The notes under the pieces: generated by a model
What the model saw: only the letters and a program-made list of their open reading frames with translations
Told to the model about the DNA's origin: nothing
Databases searched by the model: none
Shown: positions 30,515-38,187 of the stretch, piece by piece
Numbering within the stretch: the stretch's first letter is position 1
Layout: every line of letters starts with the position of its first letter
Source: Caproicibacter sp.
GTDB taxonomy: Bacteria > Bacillota > Clostridia > Oscillospirales > Acutalibacteraceae
Length of the DNA stretch: 64,000 nt
Direction: 5' to 3'
Assembly (NCBI GenBank): GCA_036260805.1
Contig: DATALZ010000016.1
Location: 20,116 to 84,115, forward strand
Program-made: the position numbers and the translations under genes

Positions 30515-31402
30515 TTGAAAAAAATTCAGAACAAACCCCTGCTGGCTAAGATCGGCCTCTTAATGATTACCATTATCTGGGGCAGCGCTTTTGTCGTAGT
30601 TAAGAACACAACATCAGCGATGCCGCCTTCCTACATAATTGCAATCCGTTTTGGATTAGCTGCTTTTTTTATGTGCATTATTTTCTTTAAAAGATTACGA
30701 AAAATTCGTTTTGCCGAGATAAAAGGCGGAATTATCATCGGTATTTTCAACGTTCTGGGCTTTGAATTTCAAACGATCGGCTCAAAGTTCACAACAGCGG
30801 GAAACAATGCGTTTTTAACTGCCGTCTACTGTGTTGTCGTCCCGTTTCTTTACTGGATTGTAAAGCATAAAAAGCCGAATATCTATAATGTCTTATCCGC
30901 TTTTATCTGTATTGTGGGAGTTGGGCTTTTGTCGCTCAAAGACGGTTTTTCCATGAATTTCGGGGATATTCTGTCCCTGTTGTGCGGACTGAGCTTCGCG
31001 GTTCAAATTGTTGCAATTGATATTTTTACCGAAAATTGCGACCCTATACTTCTTACCATATCGCAATCGATCGTAACCGTTATTATCACTCTTCCGATTG
31101 CCCTTGTATTTGAAAAGTTCCCTGCTGCGATTGAGGGAAAAACGATTCTGTCTCTGCTGTACATCGGTATTTTCAGCACTATGATCGCTTTTATGGTTCA
31201 AATGATCTGCCAGAAATACGTTAAGCCTTCAAAAGCATCGCTGATTATGTCGCTGGAATCCGTCTTCGGCACACTGTGCGGGATTCTTTTTCTTAGGGAA
31301 TCCCTTACAGTTCGCACATTTTTCGGCTGCGCGCTGATTTTCGGGGCAATTTACCTTTCGGAATGGAAGCCTTCTTTGAAAAGCCTGAAAAAAGCAGCCT
31401 GA
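30515..31402 (+). CDS. DMT/EamA family transporter
   Basis: About 10 TM segments in two repeats; IWGSAF, RF, GDILSL, LESVFG. Confidence 0.9.
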   Translation: MKKIQNKPLLAKIGLLMITIIWGSAFVVVKNTTSAMPPSYIIAIRFGLAAFFMCIIFFKRLRKIRFAEIKGGIIIGIFNVLGFEFQTIGSKFTTAGNNAFLTAVYCVVVPFLYWIVKHKKPNIYNVLSAFICIVGVGLLSLKDGFSMNFGDILSLLCGLSFAVQIVAIDIFTENCDPILLTISQSIVTVIITLPIALVFEKFPAAIEGKTILSLLYIGIFSTMIAFMVQMICQKYVKPSKASLIMSLESVFGTLCGILFLRESLTVRTFFGCALIFGAIYLSEWKPSLKSLKKAA

Positions 31403-31481
31403 TGCACATCCCAGCAGCCGATTTATCATTTCTCTTTAGTACTTATTAAAAAGTCCTTCCATAATACCCGCAAACAACGGG

Positions 31482-31511
31482 AAAAGTTAGCCTCCAAAGG
31501 CTAACTTTTTT
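31482..31511 (+). terminator. Intrinsic (bidirectional) terminator
   Basis: AAAAGTTAGCCT-ccaa-AGGCTAACTTTTTT between convergent genes. Confidence 0.75.
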
Positions 31512-31553
31512 AAAATATTTTTAAATTGACCGAAAAACAGTTCAGAAACATAT

Positions 31554-31578
31554 TCGGGAGCGGTATTGCCGCTCCCGA
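31554..31578. terminator. GC-rich hairpin directly after the metY stop
   Basis: TCGGGAGCGG-tattg-CCGCTCCCGA. Confidence 0.6.
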
Positions 31579-31583
31579 TTTTT

Positions 31584-32855
31584 TCAGATACAGTTCAGCG
31601 CATTCTTCACATCATCAAGAATATCATTGACATTCTCTATGCCTACTGACATACGGATCATATTCGGGCTGATGCCGGCTTCGGCCAACTGCTTATCGTT
31701 CAGCTGGCGGTGTGTTGTGCTTGCGGGATGCAGAACGCAGGTACGAAGATCCGCAACATGCGTGACAATGGAAGCAAGCTTGAGTCCTTCCATAAATCTT
31801 CCTGCACCTTCTCTTCCGCCTTTTACGCCGAATGAAATAACGCCGCTGGTACCATGGGGCATATATTTCTTGGCAAGAGCATGATATTTGCTGCTCTCGA
31901 GATCCGGATAATCAATCCATTCAACCTTATCGTTTTTCTCAAGGAATTTTGCAACAGCCAGCGCATTGGAACAGTGGCGTTCCATACGGAGGGCAAGCGT
32001 CTCCAGACCAAGATTCAGAAGGAAAGCATTCATTGGGGCGGCCTGCGCGCCAATATCACGCATCATATGAACTCTTGCCTTTGTGATGTATGCCGCTTTG
32101 CCGAAATCTTTGGCATAAATCATACCATGGTATGATTCATCCGGTTCCGTCAAGCATGGGAATTTGCCGTTAGCCCAATTAAAGTTGCCGCTGTCAACAA
32201 TAACGCCGCCAACCTGTACGGCATGCCCGTCCATATATTTGGTCGTGGAGTGGGTTACAATATCGACGCCGAACTCAAAAGGACGGCAGTTCATAGGGGT
32301 TGGGAAGGTATTGTCCACAATGACGGGGACACCATGGGCGTGTGCTGCTTTTGCAAATTTTTCGAGATCAGTCACAACCAATGACGGGTTGGAAAGAGTC
32401 TCAGCGAAAACGCAGCGGGTGTTGTCCTGAAAAGCCGCGTTCAGCTCTTCTTCGGTACAGTCCGGAGACACAAAGGTGCAGTCAATGCCCATTTCCTTGG
32501 CTGTCTTATTAAAGAGGTTGAAAGTGCCACCGTAAATTGCCGCTGAACTGACCATGTGATCTCCGCTGTGGCAGATATTTAAAACGGAGAGCAGGGATGC
32601 AGCCTGTCCGGAAGAAGTAAGCAGCGCGCCGACGCCGCCTTCCAGAGCCGCTATTTTTTTCTCGACTGCGTCAAGCGTAGGATTGCCAATGCGCGTATAG
32701 AAAAAACCGTTGGCTTTCAGGTCAAATAAATCGCCCATTGCCTGAGCGGTATCATATTTATAAGTTGTGCTCTGCACAATCGGCAGAACGCGGGGCTCGC
32801 CGTTTTTCGGTTCATAACCAGCATGAATACAGTTTGTGTCGATCCGATATCCCAT
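31584..32855 (-). CDS. metY: O-acetylhomoserine aminocarboxypropyltransferase / sulfhydrylase
   Basis: YTRIGNPT, ALEGG, TSSGQAA, DNTF, HSTTKYMDGH (PLP Lys), HPASTTHRQL. Confidence 0.92.
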   Translation of the reverse strand: MGYRIDTNCIHAGYEPKNGEPRVLPIVQSTTYKYDTAQAMGDLFDLKANGFFYTRIGNPTLDAVEKKIAALEGGVGALLTSSGQAASLLSVLNICHSGDHMVSSAAIYGGTFNLFNKTAKEMGIDCTFVSPDCTEEELNAAFQDNTRCVFAETLSNPSLVVTDLEKFAKAAHAHGVPVIVDNTFPTPMNCRPFEFGVDIVTHSTTKYMDGHAVQVGGVIVDSGNFNWANGKFPCLTEPDESYHGMIYAKDFGKAAYITKARVHMMRDIGAQAAPMNAFLLNLGLETLALRMERHCSNALAVAKFLEKNDKVEWIDYPDLESSKYHALAKKYMPHGTSGVISFGVKGGREGAGRFMEGLKLASIVTHVADLRTCVLHPASTTHRQLNDKQLAEAGISPNMIRMSVGIENVNDILDDVKNALNCI

Positions 32856-32873
32856 TTTTATAACTCCTTTACT

Positions 32874-33401
32874 TTATTGAAATAAATGAAATGCAGATTT
32901 TAAGTAAGCGGCTATATTGTCTGCCATAACCACAACAAACCAGATAATTGCAATAAAAAGAACAATGGAAAAAATGCGAACGGCAAGACGTCTGCCGCGG
33001 CTCATGGGTATTGCTTCCTCTTTCTGCTTTTTACAGGGCTGATCTTCCTGCATGGATGGTGTATCGTTTTCTGCCTGATTTATGGCGCTGATTCCGCGCA
33101 GAACTTCTTTCGCGTGCTCGATTTCCCCAAAAGGTACAAAAACGCGAATCTCAGCACACCGTGTCTGGCCTAAAATTATCGATGTATATCCGCCGGTACC
33201 GAGGGCGCGCTCCATATGCGGAATGCCCGCATCGTCAAACGCCGCGGTAATACGGGATGCTTCCGTTTCGTTCTCAGTAATTAACAGAACCGGATCATCT
33301 GCTTTCGCCTGCCGGAGTTTTTTTTCTCCGCACAGGGGGCATTTTTCACCGTCTGGGCTTAATACCTGGCAATCAGCACAATAAAGCAAATTTGCAGCCA
33401 T
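32874..33401 (-). CDS. Hypothetical membrane-anchored protein: Zn-ribbon, DUF2007-like domain, C-terminal TM helix
   Basis: CADC...CPLCG; EASRITAAFDDAGIP...IRVFVP..EIEHAKEVL resembles DUF2007; hydrophobic C-terminal helix. Confidence 0.65.
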   Translation of the reverse strand: MAANLLYCADCQVLSPDGEKCPLCGEKKLRQAKADDPVLLITENETEASRITAAFDDAGIPHMERALGTGGYTSIILGQTRCAEIRVFVPFGEIEHAKEVLRGISAINQAENDTPSMQEDQPCKKQKEEAIPMSRGRRLAVRIFSIVLFIAIIWFVVVMADNIAAYLKSAFHLFQ

Positions 33402-33556
33402 CCTTTCGCTGTCGGCTCACCCGACTGCTTAGCGAAGCGGTTGCCGCACTGCGATTTGCAGGAACCGACAAGCTTTCCTTCAAGGTTTTTATTTCCGCTT
33501 CTTTTGTATCATAACATATTTATAGTCTGAATTACAAGGATTGAAGAAAATTCGAT

Positions 33557-34129
33557 TTAGAGGAATACCGGCTGAATCTGCTTTCCTTCCAGAGCTGCAA
33601 GAGCGGTAGGAAGAATCTGGCTGAAATCTGCAACAAGAGAAAAAGGTTTTTTCTCAGGGTTATCCTGTTTCATCGGTACGAAGTATATATTTTTGGTATT
33701 CAGAAGTCTGCCGATATTTGCTGCAGAGGCTGCAAGCGCATCGTTTGTGGCCGGAGCAAGAACGACCGGCAGACCGATGCGAAGGCATGATTTTACCGCC
33801 ATTGTAACAGGCGTATCGGTAATTCCATTTGAAAGTTTACCCAATGTGTTCCCCGTGCAGGGTGCAACGATCATCAGGTCAACCATCTTCTTTGGGCCGA
33901 TCGGTTCCGCGTCCGGAATACTTTTCAAAACTTTTTTTCCGCAGATATCCTCAACTTCCCAAATAAAATCCTCCGCTCTGCCGAAACGGGTGTCTGTATT
34001 AAAAGCGTTGTAGGACATCACAGGCAACAGGGAATAGCCTTCTTCGGAAATATGGCGCATCTCGTCGATTACCGGGCGAAATGTGCAGAAGGAACCACAC
34101 ATTGCAAACCCGAATATTGTTTTTTTCAT
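33557..34129 (-). CDS. dpaB: Dipicolinate synthase subunit B (SpoVFB)
   Basis: GFAMCGSFCTF, DTRFG, AEPIGPK, APCTGNTLGK, ATNDAL; start ATG 34129. Confidence 0.95.
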   Translation of the reverse strand: MKKTIFGFAMCGSFCTFRPVIDEMRHISEEGYSLLPVMSYNAFNTDTRFGRAEDFIWEVEDICGKKVLKSIPDAEPIGPKKMVDLMIVAPCTGNTLGKLSNGITDTPVTMAVKSCLRIGLPVVLAPATNDALAASAANIGRLLNTKNIYFVPMKQDNPEKKPFSLVADFSQILPTALAALEGKQIQPVFL

Positions 34130-34252
34130 AACGATAACCACCCTTTCACTGATACCGGAAGTTTTGGCTCGTTCGAAGCAGCCAGTTGTCCGCAGCAATT
34201 TCTACGGGAAAGGACAAAATTTCCCGTTTATAAAACCGATTATTCAAAACGT

Positions 34253-35113
34253 TTATTCCCCCATCATATGGCACACAGTATCCCGAATGATCTCCCCCGC
34301 TGTTTTCGGAGCCACTCTTCCGGGAAGGGACGGAGCAAGTATTGCCCGGATTCCGATTTTTTCGGCAGCCTCAAAATCGACTCCGCCCGGCGCCGACGCC
34401 AAATCAAGCAAAAGAGAACAGCCGCGAAGTTCTGAAAGAACCCTTCGGTTGAATATCATAGACGGTATGGTATTGAAAATTAGATCGTAGCGCTCCTCAA
34501 ATCCAATTCTGGCAGTCAAGACCGAGTCGTATCCATAGGACTCGATCCATGCTAGATCAGCCGGCCTGCGAGCGCTGACAGTCACTTTGGCACCGATGCC
34601 CCGAAGCATCCAGGCAAGTATCTTCCCTACCCTGCCAAAACCTGCAACCAGGCACCGGCTTCCGCTGATTGTGCCGGGATACTCCCTCATAGCGATCTCG
34701 ATCGCGCCCTCCGCCGTAGGCACGGCATTGCGTATGGCAAATTCTTCGCGTGTATAATAATCCGCCGTGTCAATCTCCTTCCAGATTTCACTGGTTCGGT
34801 AAAGCCGTTCCATCATTCCCCCGAATACGCGTTTTCCACGCATCTTCTCTGCAAAGGCATCATCCAGCTTGATCTTTTCGTCGCAGTAATCCATTTTCAG
34901 ATTGATTCCGTCAAGTGTAACCGGAAGCGGCAGTATAATAATCCTGCATTTTTTAATAAGTTCATCTAGAACCGCCTTTTTCACGTCTGCGTTAAAATCT
35001 TCTTTTTCGAAACCGCATGTATAAACCTCATAACCGTTTAGAACAAGGGACTCGGCCAGTGAGATTTGTCTCCGGTCGCCGCCCAGTACGCCGAAAGTTA
35101 CTCCGCTCGTCAT
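34253..35113 (-). CDS. dpaA: Dipicolinate synthase subunit A (SpoVFA)
   Basis: GGDRRQ, NAVPTAEGA, GFGRVG, DLASAPGG, LPGRVAPKTAG. Confidence 0.95.
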   Translation of the reverse strand: MTSGVTFGVLGGDRRQISLAESLVLNGYEVYTCGFEKEDFNADVKKAVLDELIKKCRIIILPLPVTLDGINLKMDYCDEKIKLDDAFAEKMRGKRVFGGMMERLYRTSEIWKEIDTADYYTREEFAIRNAVPTAEGAIEIAMREYPGTISGSRCLVAGFGRVGKILAWMLRGIGAKVTVSARRPADLAWIESYGYDSVLTARIGFEERYDLIFNTIPSMIFNRRVLSELRGCSLLLDLASAPGGVDFEAAEKIGIRAILAPSLPGRVAPKTAGEIIRDTVCHMMGE

Positions 35114-35141
35114 GATTCAGCCTCCGTAATGTTCTTACAAC

Positions 35142-35168
35142 ATAGTATGGAAAGAAGTCAACGCTTGT
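35142..35168 (-). promoter_or_regulatory. Sigma-K-type promoter of dpaAB
   Basis: ACA - 16 bp - CATACTAT; the spoVF operon is sigma-K dependent in B. subtilis. Confidence 0.6.
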
Positions 35169-35279
35169 GATTGCATCTTAAGCATTTTTAAAACGCCGCA
35201 GAATAGATTTTGCCTTCTCCTCCCTACTTGTTCGGGGAGCGCTTTCCTGTTCTGTAAGCAGTGAAAAATTAATTTTTAT

Positions 35280-35308
35280 TTGCAATTATTCGGAAAGATG
35301 TTTATTAT
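35280..35308 (+). promoter_or_regulatory. Sigma-A promoter of murC
   Basis: TTGCAA - 17 bp - TATTAT. Confidence 0.6.
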
Positions 35309-35445
35309 TAGTATGTTTGGCAATATATTTATTTAGGCCTTGTAAAAAATCAGAGTGGTCTGGGACTACTGTCCTATCTCGATTACGCAGGGCCTTGTGA
35401 ATTTTTCCTGTGGTTCCCGCAGGTCTTGAATGAGGAGAGCGTTTT

Positions 35446-36828
35446 ATGGATAACAGCGACATTCTGTCTAAGGTGAAAAAAATACATTTTGTAGGAATCG
35501 GCGGCTCGGGAATGTGCCCGATTGCTGAGATTCTGCTTCATAAAGGATATGAACTGACAGGCTCCGACACCAACGAATCAGACACTCTTGCGCGTATCCG
35601 CAGCTACGGAATCCCGGTATACATGGGGCAAAAAGCTGAAAATGTAGAAGGCGCAGAGCTGGTCGTCTACACTGCCGCAGTAAAACAGGATAACCCGGAG
35701 CTTATTGCAGCGCGTGAAAAAGGGATACCTGCCGTGGAGCGTTCCGTCATGCTTGGAATGGTAACCCGCAGATTCCCGAATACTATTGCCGTTGCGGGAA
35801 CTCACGGTAAAACGACGACAACCGGCATGATTACACAGGTTCTGCTGGAAGCGGGAAAAGACCCGTCTGCTATTATCGGAGGAAAACTCCCTCTCATCGG
35901 CGGCAATGGCCGGGTCGGCAAATCCGAAACCATCGTCTGTGAAGCCTGCGAATATGTTGATACCTTTTTACAACTGAATCCGGCGATTTCAGTCATTCTT
36001 AATATCGACAACGATCATTTGGATTACTTCGGCACAGTGGAAAACACCATCCGGTCGTTCCATAAGTTCTGCGAACAGACTACCGGTACTATCGTCGTAA
36101 ACGGAGACGATGCCAACGCGCTGAAAGCCGTGGAAAGAATCACAAACGCGCGTATTGTTACCTATGGGATGAAAGGAAATAACGACTACAGTGCAGCCAA
36201 CATGCAGGACACTCTTCGCGCACGCGAAAAATTCACTGTAATGAAATCCGGAGAAAAGATGGCTGAAATCACGCTAAGCGTTCCTGGCAAACATAATATC
36301 TACAATGCGCTTGCGGCTTTTGCCGTAGCAGATTCACTCGGTGTTGATTCCGACAGTATTGCAAATAGCCTTCATGCATTTACAGGCGTTCACAGACGTT
36401 TTGAAATGCTGGGCGAATTCGGCGGAGTAACCGTAGCGGACGATTTTGCACACCACCCGACAGAAGTAGCGGCAACGCTTACTGCCGCAAAAGAAATGGG
36501 CTTCCAACGTGTCTGGGCAGTTTTTCAGCCCCATACTTACTCAAGGACTTATCTGCTCTTGGACGATTTTGTAAAGGCCCTGAAAATTGCTGATAGAGCC
36601 GTGCTTTCTGAGATTCTTGCCGTTCGGGAGACCAACACCTACAACATCTATGCAAAAGACCTGGCTGAAAAAATCCCCGGGTGCGTATGGTTCAAGACTT
36701 TCGATGAAATTGCCGACTACATGGTTCACAATGCAGAGGACGGCGACCTGATTCTCACCCTTGGCGGCGGAGATGTTTACAAATGTGCTAATCTGATCGT
36801 GAAAAAATACAAAGCAATGGGTAAGTAA
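35446..36828 (+). CDS. murC: UDP-N-acetylmuramate--L-alanine ligase
   Basis: HFVGIGGSGM, AGTHGKTTTT, DHLDYF, GVHRRFE, DDFAHHPTE, FQPHTYSR. Confidence 0.97.
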   Translation: MDNSDILSKVKKIHFVGIGGSGMCPIAEILLHKGYELTGSDTNESDTLARIRSYGIPVYMGQKAENVEGAELVVYTAAVKQDNPELIAAREKGIPAVERSVMLGMVTRRFPNTIAVAGTHGKTTTTGMITQVLLEAGKDPSAIIGGKLPLIGGNGRVGKSETIVCEACEYVDTFLQLNPAISVILNIDNDHLDYFGTVENTIRSFHKFCEQTTGTIVVNGDDANALKAVERITNARIVTYGMKGNNDYSAANMQDTLRAREKFTVMKSGEKMAEITLSVPGKHNIYNALAAFAVADSLGVDSDSIANSLHAFTGVHRRFEMLGEFGGVTVADDFAHHPTEVAATLTAAKEMGFQRVWAVFQPHTYSRTYLLLDDFVKALKIADRAVLSEILAVRETNTYNIYAKDLAEKIPGCVWFKTFDEIADYMVHNAEDGDLILTLGGGDVYKCANLIVKKYKAMGK

Positions 36829-36860
36829 TCAACAGAATTAATTCCTTGATTGTAAACATA

Positions 36861-36909
36861 AAAAATCTCAATTTGTGTATGCGTGACGCACAAATTGAGA
36901 TTTTTATTT
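36861..36909 (+). terminator. Intrinsic terminator after murC
   Basis: AAAAATCTCAATTTGTG...CACAAATTGAGATTTTT. Confidence 0.8.
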
Positions 36910-36941
36910 ATGGGTGGAATTAGAGAAGACTTAGTTAAATG

Positions 36942-36968
36942 TTAGCACTCAACTTATTAGAGTGCTAA
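36942..36968. promoter_or_regulatory. CIRCE element (HrcA operator)
   Basis: Exact consensus TTAGCACTC-N9-GAGTGCTAA upstream of the Hsp20 gene. Confidence 0.95.
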
Positions 36969-37084
36969 TTTTAACAATTTAGTAACAAACAATCTATTTT
37001 ATTTTAATAATCCATGGCTATACTAAAGTCGTTGAAAGGAACGAGAGTTCCCGAGACAAAATAAAATATAATGGGGGTTTTTGT

Positions 37085-37510
37085 ATGTTTGACTTAATTC
37101 CTTTTGAGCGCAGGAACAACAGCTTGTTTGACGTCTTTGACAAGATGATGGAAGACAGCTTTTTTGGCGGGCTAGATAAACAATTCGCCCCCTGCCGTAC
37201 AGATATCATCGACCAGGGCGATAAATACCTTTTGAAAGCCGATATGCCCGGGTTTAACAAAGAAGACATCAATATCAACATTCAGGGCAATCAGCTGACA
37301 GTTTCTGCCGAGCACAAGGAAGAAACCAATGATACCAACAAAAATTACATCCGCAGAGAAAGGAAATACGGCGCTTTCAGCCGCAGCTTTGACATTGAGG
37401 GCATCGATGCCGGCAAGATCTGCGCCAGCTACAATAACGGTGTTCTTGAATTGCAGCTTCCTAAAATTATTGAGGTAAAACCGGAAGCAAAAACAATTCA
37501 AATTCAATAA
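37085..37510 (+). CDS. Small heat-shock protein, Hsp20/alpha-crystallin family (Hsp18-like)
   Basis: ADMPGFNKEDI, RRERKYGAFSRSF, ASYNNGVLELQLPK, C-terminal IQI. Confidence 0.95.
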   Translation: MFDLIPFERRNNSLFDVFDKMMEDSFFGGLDKQFAPCRTDIIDQGDKYLLKADMPGFNKEDININIQGNQLTVSAEHKEETNDTNKNYIRRERKYGAFSRSFDIEGIDAGKICASYNNGVLELQLPKIIEVKPEAKTIQIQ

Positions 37511-37517
37511 CCAAAAT

Positions 37518-37563
37518 AAAGCCCGGGCGGTATCCAAAAAATGGATTGCCGCCCGGGCTTTTC
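37518..37563. terminator. Bidirectional terminator between hsp20 and bofA
   Basis: AAAGCCCGGGCGG...CCGCCCGGGCTTTT. Confidence 0.85.
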
Positions 37564-37564
37564 T

Positions 37565-37834
37565 TCACTTAAATACAAGATTCAGCAAAAGGAGAAGCGT
37601 TACGCCTGGAATTCCAGCCACGCCTGATACGCCGATGGTAAGCGGACTGATCGGAAGACTGACCCCCGTAAACATCCCGGTAAGATTAACGGCAACCAGC
37701 GTAAATAAACCGGTAAGGATTCCCCCGACAGCACGTCTGACCGGACGTTTGGACTTCATAATGACTTGAATTACAACCAACAGCAAAAACACACCGCAAA
37801 TGCAGAGCACCAGCAATACGCCTTGCACGGTCAC
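37565..37834 (-). CDS. bofA: Pro-sigmaK processing inhibitor BofA family
   Basis: Small hydrophobic protein with LPISPLT..SGVAGIPGV..LL; downstream of a yaaL-like gene, as in Bacillus. Confidence 0.8.
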   Translation of the reverse strand: MTVQGVLLVLCICGVFLLLVVIQVIMKSKRPVRRAVGGILTGLFTLVAVNLTGMFTGVSLPISPLTIGVSGVAGIPGVTLLLLLNLVFK

Positions 37835-37852
37835 ACCCCGCTCTTCATAATT

Positions 37853-38104
37853 TTAGAAAGCAGCGCAGCTTACGCCGTATTGCTTTGCAAGGCTCAGAAG
37901 ATAACGATAACGAGCCTGCAGTTCCTCTCTCTGGTAGATGCACGCATCGATTAGATTGCTGTCGCATTCCAGTTGGAACCAACATTCGTTGTAAGCCAAC
38001 AGGCGGGAAACATCCTTGATTTCTGAAAGCAGCTTATCTTTATCGACCTCTGTTTTTTGAGCAGTACATTCCGACCGCTGAAGCAGCTTCAGTACAGATT
38101 CCAT
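37853..38104 (-). CDS. yaaL: YaaL/DUF2508 family protein
   Basis: F...DSNLIDACIYQ...LQARYRYLL..AK pattern; synteny with bofA. Confidence 0.78.
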   Translation of the reverse strand: MESVLKLLQRSECTAQKTEVDKDKLLSEIKDVSRLLAYNECWFQLECDSNLIDACIYQREELQARYRYLLSLAKQYGVSCAAF

Positions 38105-38128
38105 ACTAACAACTCCGCCTTCCGGTAA

Positions 38129-38158
38129 ATATTTATGTTAGTATGATGGACATTTATA
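38129..38158 (-). promoter_or_regulatory. Possible sigma-E promoter of yaaL-bofA
   Basis: ATA - 17 bp - CATAAATAT; bofA is sigma-E controlled in B. subtilis. Confidence 0.45.
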
Positions 38159-38187
38159 CCATGAAATATACAAGAGTATTTCCAAAT

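Noticed and set aside
33408-33473. SAM-I riboswitch upstream of metY
   Set aside because: No AUC...GAU P1 or kink-turn/pseudoknot layout, and the core words are in the wrong order; kept only as an unclassified structure.
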